DNA of 64,000 nt from Candidatus Magasanikbacteria bacterium GW2011_GWA2_56_11 (GCA_001004885.1 LCRX01000006.1:35079-99078); one strand, 5' to 3'; shown: positions 30,510-40,526, counted from the first letter of the stretch. A program made the numbers and translations. Notes: generated by a model not told the origin, from the sequence alone.

Positions 30510-31439
30510 ATGTCATTGTTCGGTTTGTGGTTTTTGCAACTCCTCCTTGTGCCGGCCTTGTCGCCGCTGTTTATCGGCATTGTCCGCCGGGTTAAGGCCA
30601 GGCTGCAGAATCGGGTGGGCGCGAGGGTAACCCAGCCGTACCGCGATATTCTGAAACTTTTTCGCAAGGACGAGGTCGTAAGCGCCGATGCTTCCTGGAT
30701 CTTTAGCAGCGCGCCGTATCTTATTTTTGCCGTCTCCATTCTTTTGGGAGCCAGTATCCCGCTTCTATCCGCGCACCTCACGGCTACCGTGCTCGGCGAT
30801 CTTCTGACGGTCGTCTACGTTATTGCCCTCAGCACGTTCTTTTTGGCTTTAGCCGGCATGGATACCGGCAACGCTTTCGGCGGATTCGGATCAAGTCGCG
30901 AAATGACCGTGGCCGCTTTGACCGAGGGCGGGCTTATTTTTTCGCTCCTGGCCCTGGCGTTCACGGCCCATTCGAGCAATCTGTTTGTCATCGCCGGGGC
31001 TATTTCCAGCTTGTCGCTTCTCGCTTTTACCCCGATTATTTTGGCTTTTGTGGCGTTTGTTATCGCGCTTCTCGCCGAAACCGGCCGGTTTCCCTTTGAC
31101 AATCCGGCCACCCATCTCGAGCTGACCATGATCCACGAAGCCATGATCCTCGAATATTCCGGCAAGAAACTGGCGCTCATGGAGTGGGCGGCGGCCAACA
31201 AGTTCATGCTGTTTCTCGCGCTCGGAGCGAACCTGTTTTTTCCGTGGGGGCTCGCCGCTTCGGCTTCGCCCCCGGCGCTTATTTTGGCCCTGGGAGCCTT
31301 AGTTTTCAAGCTGTTAGTCTTTTGCGTTTTGGTCGCCCTCCTGGAGTCGAGCCTGGCCAAATTTCGGTTTTTCCGCCTGCCTGATCTTTTGTTCATGTCG
31401 TTCATATTAAGCCTGATCGCGCTTTCGCTCATCGTGTAG
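30510..31439 (+). CDS. HyfC / HycD / NuoH-like membrane subunit
   Basis: 309 aa with eight TM segments and a NuoH-like loop pattern. Confidence 0.7.
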   Translation: MSLFGLWFLQLLLVPALSPLFIGIVRRVKARLQNRVGARVTQPYRDILKLFRKDEVVSADASWIFSSAPYLIFAVSILLGASIPLLSAHLTATVLGDLLTVVYVIALSTFFLALAGMDTGNAFGGFGSSREMTVAALTEGGLIFSLLALAFTAHSSNLFVIAGAISSLSLLAFTPIILAFVAFVIALLAETGRFPFDNPATHLELTMIHEAMILEYSGKKLALMEWAAANKFMLFLALGANLFFPWGLAASASPPALILALGALVFKLLVFCVLVALLESSLAKFRFFRLPDLLFMSFILSLIALSLIV

Positions 31440-31443
31440 GACT

Positions 31444-32103
31444 ATGGATTTTTTTAGCGCCCAATTTCTCTTTTTCGTCCAGACGCTGCTGTTTGCCTCG
31501 GTTATTTTCATGCACCTGTCCAAAAAAAGCGCCTCCGTTATTTTTCTTTATCAGGTTCAATCGCTTATAGTCGCCTGCCTGCTTCTCGGTTCGGCCTTAG
31601 CCGAGTCAGCGATTTTTCCGCTTTTCGTGGCCGTCGTGGTGTGCGCGGTAAAAGTAGTCATCGCGCCGCATTTCTTTCGGCGGCTCACCCGGGAGCTGCA
31701 GCTCAAATTTTCCGCCAGCACCTATTTGAGCGGTCCCTTGACGCTTATCATTCTCGCGGCCTTGACGGCGTTTACCTACTCGCACTTTTTTGCCCCTCTT
31801 TCCACTCTCAACGCGTCAAACGCCCGCGCTCTTCTTCTCGCCGCGGCGATGATGCTGGCCGCCTTGTTTTTGATCGTCAACCGCAAGGGCGCCCTCTCCC
31901 AAATGATCGGCATTTTGTCCTTGGAAAACGCCATTGTCGCTTTTGCTTTTCTTTCCGGGCTCGAACAATCGCCGGCTCTGGAGCTCGGCGTCCTGTTCGA
32001 CATTTTAATGTGGATAATCATCGCCACGGTGTTCGCGTCCATGGTTTACCGGCAATTCGGTTCTCTCGACGTGACGGCGATGAACTCTCTCAAAGAAGAA
32101 TAA
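31444..32103 (+). CDS. HyfE / NuoK-like membrane subunit
   Basis: 219 aa with a LSLENAIVAFAFL motif. Confidence 0.65.
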   Translation: MDFFSAQFLFFVQTLLFASVIFMHLSKKSASVIFLYQVQSLIVACLLLGSALAESAIFPLFVAVVVCAVKVVIAPHFFRRLTRELQLKFSASTYLSGPLTLIILAALTAFTYSHFFAPLSTLNASNARALLLAAAMMLAALFLIVNRKGALSQMIGILSLENAIVAFAFLSGLEQSPALELGVLFDILMWIIIATVFASMVYRQFGSLDVTAMNSLKEE

Positions 32104-32107
32104 ATCT

Positions 32108-33544
32108 ATGCTGCTCATCATTCTTCTCTGCGTTCCGTTCGCCGCTTCCGTCCTGTCTTGGCTGGTCAAAAAAAGGACTCTCGTTTTGGAATCTTTGGCG
32201 GCGGGCGCCTCGACAATCGAACTGGCCGCGGCGCTCTCTTTGGCGGGTTCGGTGGCGAAAAGCGGGCCGTATTCCCTGACCGATAGTTTTTCGGTTGACC
32301 CGCTGGGAGCGGTCGTCATCTTGATTTTGGCCATTATTGGCGTGGTGGCGGCGTGGTATTCGGCCGGCTACCTGCGGGCCGAAGTGGAGAAGAGCATCAT
32401 CGGTTTTCACCGGGTGCGGCAATATTTTGTTCTGCTGCATCTTTTTATTTTTGCCATGTTCTTTGCCGTCGCCACGACCAGCCCCACCCTCATGTGGATC
32501 GCCATCGAAGCCACGACGCTCTCCACCGCCTTTCTTATCAGTTTTTACAATAATGCCTCGGCCACGGAAGCGGCCTGGAAATATTTGCTTGTCAACTCGG
32601 TCGGATTACTTCTCGGATTTTTTGGCACGCTTTTGTTTTTGTCCCCGGCCGAATCAGCCGGACTCACTGATTGGAATTCGCTCTTTGCCGCCGCGGCGGG
32701 CTTTGATCCGTTTATCGCGAAGATAGCCTTCGTTTTTGTATTCATCGGATACGGCACCAAGGTCGGATGGGTGCCTATGCACACCTGGCGGCCGGACGCC
32801 TACAGCAAGGCGCCGATTCCGGTGGTGGCGCTGTTTTCGGGCTCGCTCCTGAGCGTGGCTTTTTTGGCCGTGCTCCGTTTCAAGCTGATCGCGGACGCCA
32901 GCCTGGGCGGAGATTTTTCCGCCAACATGCTCATTGGCTTCGGACTCTCTTCCATCGTCGTGGCCGCTTTCAGTATGCTCGGACAAAAAAATTATAAGCG
33001 GTTGCTCGCCTATTCGAGCATCAAGCACGCGGGTATAATCGCCCTGGGATTTGGTTTCGGGGGCGCCGCGGCCGGAGCCGCTCTCCTGCATCTTATCTAT
33101 CACGCCCTGGCCAAGTCAGCTCTGTTTTTGTCGGCGGGAAATATTTTTTTGAAATACAGTTCGACCAAGGTGGAGAACGTGCGCGGGGTGTTGTCGGCTC
33201 TGCCGGTTACCGGCGTCCTGTTTCTCGCCGGATTTGTGGCCATAATCGGCCTGCCGCCGTTCGGTTTGTTTTTTACCGAATTATCCATTCTAGCGGCCGG
33301 AATTCAGTATCATCCGGCGGTATCCGTGATTGTCCTCTTGGCGCTCGCCTTGGGGTTCATCGGCTTTCTGCGCCATGCGGTTGCCATGATGTTTGGCGAA
33401 CGCGAAAAAAGGATAGCGCCGGGCGAAGCCGGAGTTTGGACCATCGTTCCCATTATTATTCTTTTGGCCATTCTAGCGGCCGCGAGTTGGTATCTGCCGG
33501 TGTCGTTTCGGTCGTTATTGGAATCTGCCGTCTTAGCCTATTAA
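32108..33544 (+). CDS. HyfF / NuoM / NuoN-like antiporter-type membrane subunit
   Basis: 478 aa with the proton-conducting-membrane-transporter pattern (WVPMHTWRPDAYSKAP). Confidence 0.75.
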   Translation: MLLIILLCVPFAASVLSWLVKKRTLVLESLAAGASTIELAAALSLAGSVAKSGPYSLTDSFSVDPLGAVVILILAIIGVVAAWYSAGYLRAEVEKSIIGFHRVRQYFVLLHLFIFAMFFAVATTSPTLMWIAIEATTLSTAFLISFYNNASATEAAWKYLLVNSVGLLLGFFGTLLFLSPAESAGLTDWNSLFAAAAGFDPFIAKIAFVFVFIGYGTKVGWVPMHTWRPDAYSKAPIPVVALFSGSLLSVAFLAVLRFKLIADASLGGDFSANMLIGFGLSSIVVAAFSMLGQKNYKRLLAYSSIKHAGIIALGFGFGGAAAGAALLHLIYHALAKSALFLSAGNIFLKYSSTKVENVRGVLSALPVTGVLFLAGFVAIIGLPPFGLFFTELSILAAGIQYHPAVSVIVLLALALGFIGFLRHAVAMMFGEREKRIAPGEAGVWTIVPIIILLAILAAASWYLPVSFRSLLESAVLAY

Positions 33545-33548
33545 GTCT

Positions 33549-35120
33549 ATGCTTTCCAGCTCCTCTTTTGCCGCCTATATTCCTCCTGGGTTTAAGCCCA
33601 AATTCGAAGGTAACCTGGCCACCGGCGCGGTTTCTGTTTCCGAGATCGCCGGGGTGTGCCACGACCTGTACTTTACGCGTGGGCTCGAATTAAAAACTAT
33701 CACGGCTACCGACGAGCGGAACAGGGGCGGAGGTTTTAGAATTTTCTACGTATTCGGCGTGCCCAAACAAAATTTGTTTATCATCCCGTACATCGTTCTG
33801 GCCGACACCGCGGAATTTCCTTCTCTGACCAAAGATATCCACGAAGCTTCGAGCTACGAACGGCGGATTATGACGTTTTTCGGCCTCAGCCCGGCCGGCC
33901 ACCCGCATCCGCGGCCGCTTATCCTCCATGAAAATTGGCCGGCGGACGTTTTTCCGCTGCGCCAGGATTTTAATTGGCAAGAGCGTCCGGCCGCCGCGCG
34001 CGGCAATTACGAATTTTACCGGGTGGAAGGGGAGGGGATTTACGAAATTCCGGTGGGTCCGGTGCACGCGGGCATTATCGAGCCTGGCCACTTTCGTTTT
34101 AGCGTCGCCGGAGAGGAAATTATGCTGCTTGAGGCCAAACTTGGTTACAAACACAAGGGAATTGAAAAACTTTTCGAGAACCTACCGCTCGCGAGCACAT
34201 TGCGTCTGGCCGAGAGGATTTCCGGGGACACGTCGTTTACCCACGCTCTGGCTTTTTGTCAGGCGATTGAACAGCTGACTGAATTGCCGGTTCCCAGGCG
34301 CGCCGCCTACCTCCGCGTCATTTTTTCCGAGCTGGAACGGCTTGCCAACCATGCCAACGACATCGGTTTTATCATGCTCGATACGGGTTATAGTTTTGGC
34401 GGCAGCCAAGGGGCGCGGCTGCGTGAAGTTATCATGCGGTGGAACGAACGCCTAACCGGCAGCCGCTTCCTTCGCGGCGTTAATGTTTTCGGCGGCGTGG
34501 CCAAGGATATTACTCCGGAAGCGGGTAACGAACTCGAGGCCGCGCTCCAGGCGTGGCAGCGCGACTTTGACCAGGTGATCGCCATTGCCGAGGATAGCCA
34601 CTCTTTGCTCAATCGTCTCGAGGACACCGGCAAACTGGATTATCAGCTAGCCGTTGATCACGGCATTGTAGGCGTGGCCGGGCGCGCCGTTGGACTCAAG
34701 AAGGACGCGCGGCTCGATTATCCCTACGCGGCTTACGCTGAGCTTCCCCTAGAGATCGCGGTCGAGAAAGACGGCGACGTCCGGTCGAGATTTTATGTCC
34801 GCGTCAAAGAAGCGCGCTCTTCGGTCGCGCTCATTTTGGCGGCCTTGAAGAACCTGCCTAGGGGTGAGTGTTCGGTCGGGGAACAACGCGTTAAATTAGC
34901 CAGGAACCGCTGCGCTGTCGGCCTGGCCGAAGGCTGGCGAGGCGAGATTGTCTATTTTGTTATGACCGGGGATACAGGCGATCTCGCGAGAGTTGACGTT
35001 CGCGATCCGTCATTCGTCAACTGGGCCGTGCTCGGCCATGCCGGCAGAGGCAATGTCGTGCCGGATTTTCCCCTGATCAACAAGAGTTTCAATTTGTCCT
35101 ACTCGGGTAACGACTTGTAG
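33549..35120 (+). CDS. fused NuoC-NuoD / HycE-like large subunit lacking the [NiFe] cysteine ligands
   Basis: NuoC-like N-terminus (ERRIMTFFGLSPAGHPHPRPL), then NuoD-like GPVHAGIIEPGHFRF in place of RxCGxCxxxH, and C-terminal DPSFVNWAVLGH in place of DPCxxCxxH. Confidence 0.75.
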   Translation: MLSSSSFAAYIPPGFKPKFEGNLATGAVSVSEIAGVCHDLYFTRGLELKTITATDERNRGGGFRIFYVFGVPKQNLFIIPYIVLADTAEFPSLTKDIHEASSYERRIMTFFGLSPAGHPHPRPLILHENWPADVFPLRQDFNWQERPAAARGNYEFYRVEGEGIYEIPVGPVHAGIIEPGHFRFSVAGEEIMLLEAKLGYKHKGIEKLFENLPLASTLRLAERISGDTSFTHALAFCQAIEQLTELPVPRRAAYLRVIFSELERLANHANDIGFIMLDTGYSFGGSQGARLREVIMRWNERLTGSRFLRGVNVFGGVAKDITPEAGNELEAALQAWQRDFDQVIAIAEDSHSLLNRLEDTGKLDYQLAVDHGIVGVAGRAVGLKKDARLDYPYAAYAELPLEIAVEKDGDVRSRFYVRVKEARSSVALILAALKNLPRGECSVGEQRVKLARNRCAVGLAEGWRGEIVYFVMTGDTGDLARVDVRDPSFVNWAVLGHAGRGNVVPDFPLINKSFNLSYSGNDL

Positions 35121-35161
35121 CACTGGTTGTCTGTCCGACCCGGCAATCCAGGCCCGAAGCC

Positions 35162-35190
35162 TTGACTAAACTCAAAAATTCCTTTATACT
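35162..35190 (+). promoter_or_regulatory. near-consensus promoter upstream of typA, followed by a hairpin and T-tract leader
   Basis: TTGACT, a 17-bp spacer, then TATACT. A CCGAGT-TCTCAA-ACTCGG plus TTTT hairpin follows at 35192-35216. Confidence 0.5.
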
Positions 35191-35276
35191 AGCCGAGTTC
35201 TCAAACTCGGTTTTAAGATCACAAGTTCGTCTTTCCTGTCCGGTTGAAGCTCCGGCGGGCTAGCCGCCCAGATTAT

Positions 35277-37070
35277 ATGGAAATTAGAAATATAGCCATT
35301 ATCGCCCACGTTGACCACGGCAAGACCACCTTGACCGATGCTTTGATGCGCCAAACCGGCATGGTTACGCAGGAGGGCGTCAGCATGGATTCGAATGCTC
35401 TCGAGAGGGAGCGGGGCATTACGATTTACTCCAAAAACGCTTCGCTTTTCTACAAAGACACCAAGATCAATATCGTCGACACCCCGGGCCACGCCGATTT
35501 CGGCTCCGAGGTGGAGCGCGTGCTGCGTTCTATAGACTCGGTGCTCCTCATAGTTGACGCCCAGGAAGGACCGATGCCGCAGACCAAGTTTGTCCTGAAA
35601 AAGTCGCTGGAGCTGGGCCTCAAGCCGATTGTGGTGCTCAATAAAATCGACAAACCCGGAGCCAATCCGCAGCTTGCGCATGACCAGGTGCTCGAACTCT
35701 TTATGGACCTGGGCGCGAGCGACGACCAGCTGGATTTTACCACCGTCTACGCCATCGGGCGCCAGGGGGTGGCCAAACTGCGCCTGGAGGAAGAGGCAGC
35801 GGATTTGACGCCGCTTTTGGACACCATCCTCAAGCTGGTTCCGCCGGCTCCGCATGACATCGAGGCCATGTTCCGCATGCAGCCGTTCAACCTTGGTTAT
35901 GACAATTACGTCGGCCGCCTGGCTATCGGCCGCATCTACGAAGGCAAGATCAGAGTGGGAGACAAGGTAGTCGTGAAAAAACCGACCGGCGAAACGCGGC
36001 CGGGCGTGATTACGAAACTTTTTGCCTTCAAGGGCATGGAACGCATTGAAGCCCCGGAGGTGTTCGCCGGCGACATTGCCATGATCGCCGGGGTGCCAGA
36101 TATCGACATCGGAGAAACAATCTGTGTCGACGGCTCCCAGGAGCCGCTGCCGGCGATCAAAGTAGACGAGCCGACGATTTCTCTTAACTTCATGGTCAAC
36201 AATTCTCCCTTTGCCGGGCGCGAAGGCAAGTTCGTGACCAACCGCCAGCTGAAGGAGCGCCTCGATCGCGAGCTGGAGGTAAACGTAGGCTTGAAAATAG
36301 ACTTCTCCGCGTCAGACCACTACAAGGTCTTCGGCCGCGGCGAGCTGCACGTGGCCATTCTCCTTGAGAATATGCGCCGCGAGGGGTATGAGGTCCAGGT
36401 TTCTCAGCCCCAGGTGATCATCAAAGAGGAAAACGGCGGAAAGCTGGAGCCTTTTGAAGAAGTTATTGTAGATTTGCCGGAGAATCTGGCCGGTACTGTC
36501 ATCGAAAAACTGGGGAAACGCAAAGGTCTCATGATGGACATGAAACAAAAAGACGGGCAAAGCCGGCTGATATTTGAAATACCAACCCGAGGACTCCTCG
36601 GTTACCGCGGCCAGTTTATCATGGACACCAGGGGCGAGGGGATTATGACCAGCCGTGTTATCGGTTTTCGCGCCTACGTGGGGGAAATTGAGAAGCGGGA
36701 TGTCGGTTCCATGGTTTCCATGGAGGCCGGCAAGGCCCTAGGCTATTCCCTTTTCAACCTTCAGGATCGAGGGACCCTCTATATCGGCCCCACGACTGAA
36801 GTTTACGAGGGTATGGTTATCGGCAACGTCTCCAAGGGGCAGGACATGACCGTTAATCCCATTAAAGGCAAGAAATTGACCAATATGCGCGCCTCCGGTT
36901 CGGACGACGCCATTCTTCTGACGCCTCCCATGGAGATCACTCTCGAGCGCGGTCTCGAGGTGATGGCCGAGGACGAGTATTTGGAGATTACCCCCAAGAG
37001 CATCCGCTTGCGAAAGCAATTTCTGAACGAGTCGGACCGGGTACGGGCGGCGCGAAAAGCCGCGCAATAA
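35277..37070 (+). CDS. typA: translational GTPase TypA/BipA
   Basis: N-terminal [18 protein letters not shown]1 motif, DTPGH, NKIDK, and an EF-G-like domain order. Confidence 0.9.
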   Translation: MEIRNIAIIAHVDHGKTTLTDALMRQTGMVTQEGVSMDSNALERERGITIYSKNASLFYKDTKINIVDTPGHADFGSEVERVLRSIDSVLLIVDAQEGPMPQTKFVLKKSLELGLKPIVVLNKIDKPGANPQLAHDQVLELFMDLGASDDQLDFTTVYAIGRQGVAKLRLEEEAADLTPLLDTILKLVPPAPHDIEAMFRMQPFNLGYDNYVGRLAIGRIYEGKIRVGDKVVVKKPTGETRPGVITKLFAFKGMERIEAPEVFAGDIAMIAGVPDIDIGETICVDGSQEPLPAIKVDEPTISLNFMVNNSPFAGREGKFVTNRQLKERLDRELEVNVGLKIDFSASDHYKVFGRGELHVAILLENMRREGYEVQVSQPQVIIKEENGGKLEPFEEVIVDLPENLAGTVIEKLGKRKGLMMDMKQKDGQSRLIFEIPTRGLLGYRGQFIMDTRGEGIMTSRVIGFRAYVGEIEKRDVGSMVSMEAGKALGYSLFNLQDRGTLYIGPTTEVYEGMVIGNVSKGQDMTVNPIKGKKLTNMRASGSDDAILLTPPMEITLERGLEVMAEDEYLEITPKSIRLRKQFLNESDRVRAARKAAQ

Positions 37071-37111
37071 CCAAGGGGAGCTTGGCAGACTGGCGCCTAC
37101 TTGGCTTAGAT

Positions 37112-37146
37112 AAAAGCATTTGTTACAATACGAATGCTTTTTTTGT
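37112..37146 (+). terminator. rho-independent terminator after typA
   Basis: AAAGCATT, a 12-nt loop, AATGCTTT, then TTTT. Confidence 0.6.
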
Positions 37147-37164
37147 CAGCCGCGTCCTCGATAT

Positions 37165-37563
37165 ATGAATAATAGGCCTGGCCCGGGCGAAAAGATTATT
37201 GAGATTGGCGAGCCCAGCGCCGAGACCAAGCTTTCTTTGCGTTACTGGCCGCTCATGGCCGCCGCTATTAGAGCCTACTACCACGGTCTAAAACCGCGTC
37301 CGCCGGCCTCGCAGATATATGAGCGGCTCGACAGCCTGCTCGAACGTTTGCGCCGGGGAGAAAAATACGATGCCGTTTTTTTGAGCGAAATTCTGGCGCA
37401 AAAGGATTTGGGGCGCGATGTCCGTTTTCTTTATACCGAGTATGCCGGCGTGCTGCACCAGATTGACGCGTCCGAACGGGAACGGCAACGCGAACGCGCA
37501 GACCATGCCGACGAGGCGCACGGTATCGTGCCGTTCCCGCCGGAGGGGGCTAAACGGCGTTAA
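37165..37563 (+). CDS. hypothetical protein
   Basis: 132-aa ORF from the first ATG downstream of the terminator. The ORF-track start at 37120 is a TTG inside the terminator. Confidence 0.4.
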   Translation: MNNRPGPGEKIIEIGEPSAETKLSLRYWPLMAAAIRAYYHGLKPRPPASQIYERLDSLLERLRRGEKYDAVFLSEILAQKDLGRDVRFLYTEYAGVLHQIDASERERQRERADHADEAHGIVPFPPEGAKRR

Positions 37564-37566
37564 ATT

Positions 37567-40524
37567 ATGACGTCCAAAAACCTCAACCAATCACAGCGCG
37601 CGGCCGTCGAGTACGTCGACGGTCCGCTTTTGATCGTGGCCGGCGCCGGCACCGGCAAGACGACCGTCATCACCGAAAAAATAGTCAGGCTTATAAGCAG
37701 CGGGCGCTCGGCGCCGGAAAATATTCTGGCTTTGACTTTCACGGACAAGGCCGCGGCCGAGATGCAAGAGCGCGTAGACAGCCGCCTGGATACCGGTTAC
37801 GTGGATTTATCGATCTCGACGTTTCATGCTTTTTGCGAACGCCTGCTCGAGAGCTACGGCCTGGCCGTGGGTCTTCCGACGCGGTTTAAAATTTTGAGCG
37901 CTACCGAGGCCTGGATCCTTGTCCATGATCATTTGTACGACTTTAACCTCGACTACTATCGGCCCCTCGGCAATCCGACTAAACATATCCACGAGCTTAT
38001 CAGGCATTTTTCCAAATGCAAAGACGAACTGGTCAATCCCGAGGATTATCTGCGCCATGCCGAGGCGGCCGCGCATGACTCGGGAGACGCCAATGTCGAG
38101 GAAGGGACCCGCCTGAAAGAAATCGCTAACGCCTACCATACTTATAACCGCCTGCTTTTGGAATCCGGCGCGCTCGATTTCGGCGACCTCATTTACTATG
38201 CCGTCAGGTTGCTCTCTACGCGGCCCCAAATTAAAGCCGAACTGCAGCGGCGCTACCGGTACATACTTGTCGACGAATTCCAGGACGTCAACTGGGCCCA
38301 GTACGAGCTGGTACGGCTGCTCTCCGAGGCCGGCCAGCTGACGGTCGTGGGCGATGACGACCAATCTATTTATGCTTTTCGCGGGGCGAGCGTGGCCAAT
38401 ATCCTGCGTTTTAAAGACGACTACCCACAGGCGCGCGAGGTAGTATTGAACGAAAATTACCGGTCGGGGCAGGAAATACTCGACGTGGCCTACGCGTCCA
38501 TTCAGCACAATAATCCGGACCGGTTGGAGGTGAAACTTGGGGTAGACAAAAAGCTCCAGTCAACGACCGGCGGCGGGAAAGCCAAGGTCGTCCACGCTCA
38601 TAAAAGTTCGCTTGACGACGAAGTGGCTTTCGTCGTGAACGAAATAGTCAAATTGAAAGCGGCGGATGGGGGCGCCTCTTGGAATGACTTCGCTATTTTG
38701 GCTCGAGCCAACAATCATCTCGAACCGTTCATCCAGGCGCTCGAGCGCGCGCACATACCCTATGAATGGCTCTCGGCCTCCGGGCTTTTCCGTCAGCCGA
38801 TCGTGCTCGACGTTTTCAATTTTTTCAAAGCAGTCGACCACTACCACGAATCGGCCGCGGTCTACCGTCTCCTCGGCCTGCCATGCCTGGATTTGAGCGA
38901 AAATGACCGGCAGAAGTTTACCGCCGCGGCTAAGAAAAAGAGCGTCAGCTATTATGAGGGTCTGAAATTGGCCGCGGAGTGGGGATTGTCGGCGCCGGGT
39001 ACGGCCGCAGTGGGCAAAATACTCGAGCTCATACACGCGGGCATGCGGGCGGCCAGAACCGAGAAACCATCGGTGATACTTTATCGCTTTCTCGAAGGCA
39101 GCGGCTATCTGGGCTACTTGTCGCGGCAGGAAGGAGAGGGGAACAGCAGCGTTATTCGGCAAATTTACCAATTGAAACAATTTTTTGAATTTTTGAGCCG
39201 CTACGAGGATTCGGTGCCGGACCACTCTATCGGCCACTTTGTCGCTTACCTTTCGACAGTCATCGAATCCGGAGACGAAGGCCGGCTCTACCAGCCGGCA
39301 GACACGCCAGATTCCGTGAACCTTATGAGCGTGCACGGCGCCAAAGGTCTCGAGTTCCGTTACGTTTTTATCGTCAATCTGGTCGAAGACCGTTTTCCCG
39401 CGCGCAATCGCGGCGAAGGAATCGAGCTGCCGCTCGCGCTGATAAACGAACGCCTGCCAGAAGGGGATTACCTGGTGGCCGAGGAACGCCGCCTGTTTTA
39501 CGTGGCGCTTACGCGCGCCCGGGAACGCGCCTATCTTACCGGCGCGGATTCGTACGGCGGCGTGCGTAAAAAGAAAATCTCGCGGTTTGTCGCCGAACTT
39601 GGCGGCATCCTAGGAAATACGGACGAGACGCCCGGCGCCGACGCCGGGCTAGGGAGAGCGGCGGCGATATTGCCTCGCGGCCGCGAGGCGGACGAAGCGC
39701 AGAAGACGGCGCCCCAATACCGGCTGCCGGACGCTTTTTCTTTTTCTCAGATCAAGGCTTATGAAACCTGTCCGTACCAGTACAAATTAGCGCATATTCT
39801 AAAAATTCCGACCAAGGGCAGCGCTAGTTTTAGCTTCGGCCAAACTATGCACGCGGCGCTGCAGCGCTTCTACGAGCGGGTGCGCGAGCTCAATTCGGCG
39901 ACGCAGGGTTCGTTGTTTGCGGCTCCGGCCGCGGCGTCTTTGTCCGGCGCGGTCAAGGCGCCGTCTTTGGCGGAACTTTTGCAATATTATGAGGAAGCGT
40001 GGATCCCAGATTGGTACCGCAGCCAGCGCCAGCGCGAGGAATACTACGCGCAGGGCAAAGACATTTTGAAGAGGTTCTACGCGGCCGAAGACGGGAACTG
40101 GACGGTGCCGGTAGCCCTGGAGAGTTGGTTTAAAATCAAGGTCGGGAACTACCTTGTGCACGGACGCATTGACCGGGTGGACCAATTAGCGGACGGGACG
40201 CTGCAAATTATCGACTACAAGACCGGTAAAAGCAAGGAGAAACTCGCGGCCGACGACAAGGCGCAGCTCCTTGTTTACCAGATGGCGGCCGAAACTTTGT
40301 CCGAGTACCGGCATATGGGGGCTACGAGCAAGCTGACTTTTTATTATCTCAATGATATCATTCAGACGTCGTTCGTCGGCCGGAGCGAGGAGCTTGAGCG
40401 CGTCCGGAACAAGATCACGGCCGCCATTGACCAGATATCCGCCGGCCAGTTTGGCGCCACGCCCGGTCCGCACGTCTGCCAGCATTGCGATTTTCGCGAT
40501 ATTTGCGAGTTTAGGGTTTTGTAA
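37567..40524 (+). CDS. UvrD/PcrA-type helicase fused to a C-terminal PD-(D/E)XK Cas4/AddB-like Fe-S nuclease domain
   Basis: Walker A GAGTGKT and the UvrD helicase motifs are present. The C-terminal domain has ETCPYQY ... GRIDRVD ... IIDYKTGK ... CQHCDFRDIC, the four-Cys plus D/ExK pattern of that nuclease family. Confidence 0.8.
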   Translation: MTSKNLNQSQRAAVEYVDGPLLIVAGAGTGKTTVITEKIVRLISSGRSAPENILALTFTDKAAAEMQERVDSRLDTGYVDLSISTFHAFCERLLESYGLAVGLPTRFKILSATEAWILVHDHLYDFNLDYYRPLGNPTKHIHELIRHFSKCKDELVNPEDYLRHAEAAAHDSGDANVEEGTRLKEIANAYHTYNRLLLESGALDFGDLIYYAVRLLSTRPQIKAELQRRYRYILVDEFQDVNWAQYELVRLLSEAGQLTVVGDDDQSIYAFRGASVANILRFKDDYPQAREVVLNENYRSGQEILDVAYASIQHNNPDRLEVKLGVDKKLQSTTGGGKAKVVHAHKSSLDDEVAFVVNEIVKLKAADGGASWNDFAILARANNHLEPFIQALERAHIPYEWLSASGLFRQPIVLDVFNFFKAVDHYHESAAVYRLLGLPCLDLSENDRQKFTAAAKKKSVSYYEGLKLAAEWGLSAPGTAAVGKILELIHAGMRAARTEKPSVILYRFLEGSGYLGYLSRQEGEGNSSVIRQIYQLKQFFEFLSRYEDSVPDHSIGHFVAYLSTVIESGDEGRLYQPADTPDSVNLMSVHGAKGLEFRYVFIVNLVEDRFPARNRGEGIELPLALINERLPEGDYLVAEERRLFYVALTRARERAYLTGADSYGGVRKKKISRFVAELGGILGNTDETPGADAGLGRAAAILPRGREADEAQKTAPQYRLPDAFSFSQIKAYETCPYQYKLAHILKIPTKGSASFSFGQTMHAALQRFYERVRELNSATQGSLFAAPAAASLSGAVKAPSLAELLQYYEEAWIPDWYRSQRQREEYYAQGKDILKRFYAAEDGNWTVPVALESWFKIKVGNYLVHGRIDRVDQLADGTLQIIDYKTGKSKEKLAADDKAQLLVYQMAAETLSEYRHMGATSKLTFYYLNDIIQTSFVGRSEELERVRNKITAAIDQISAGQFGATPGPHVCQHCDFRDICEFRVL

Positions 40525-40526
40525 TT

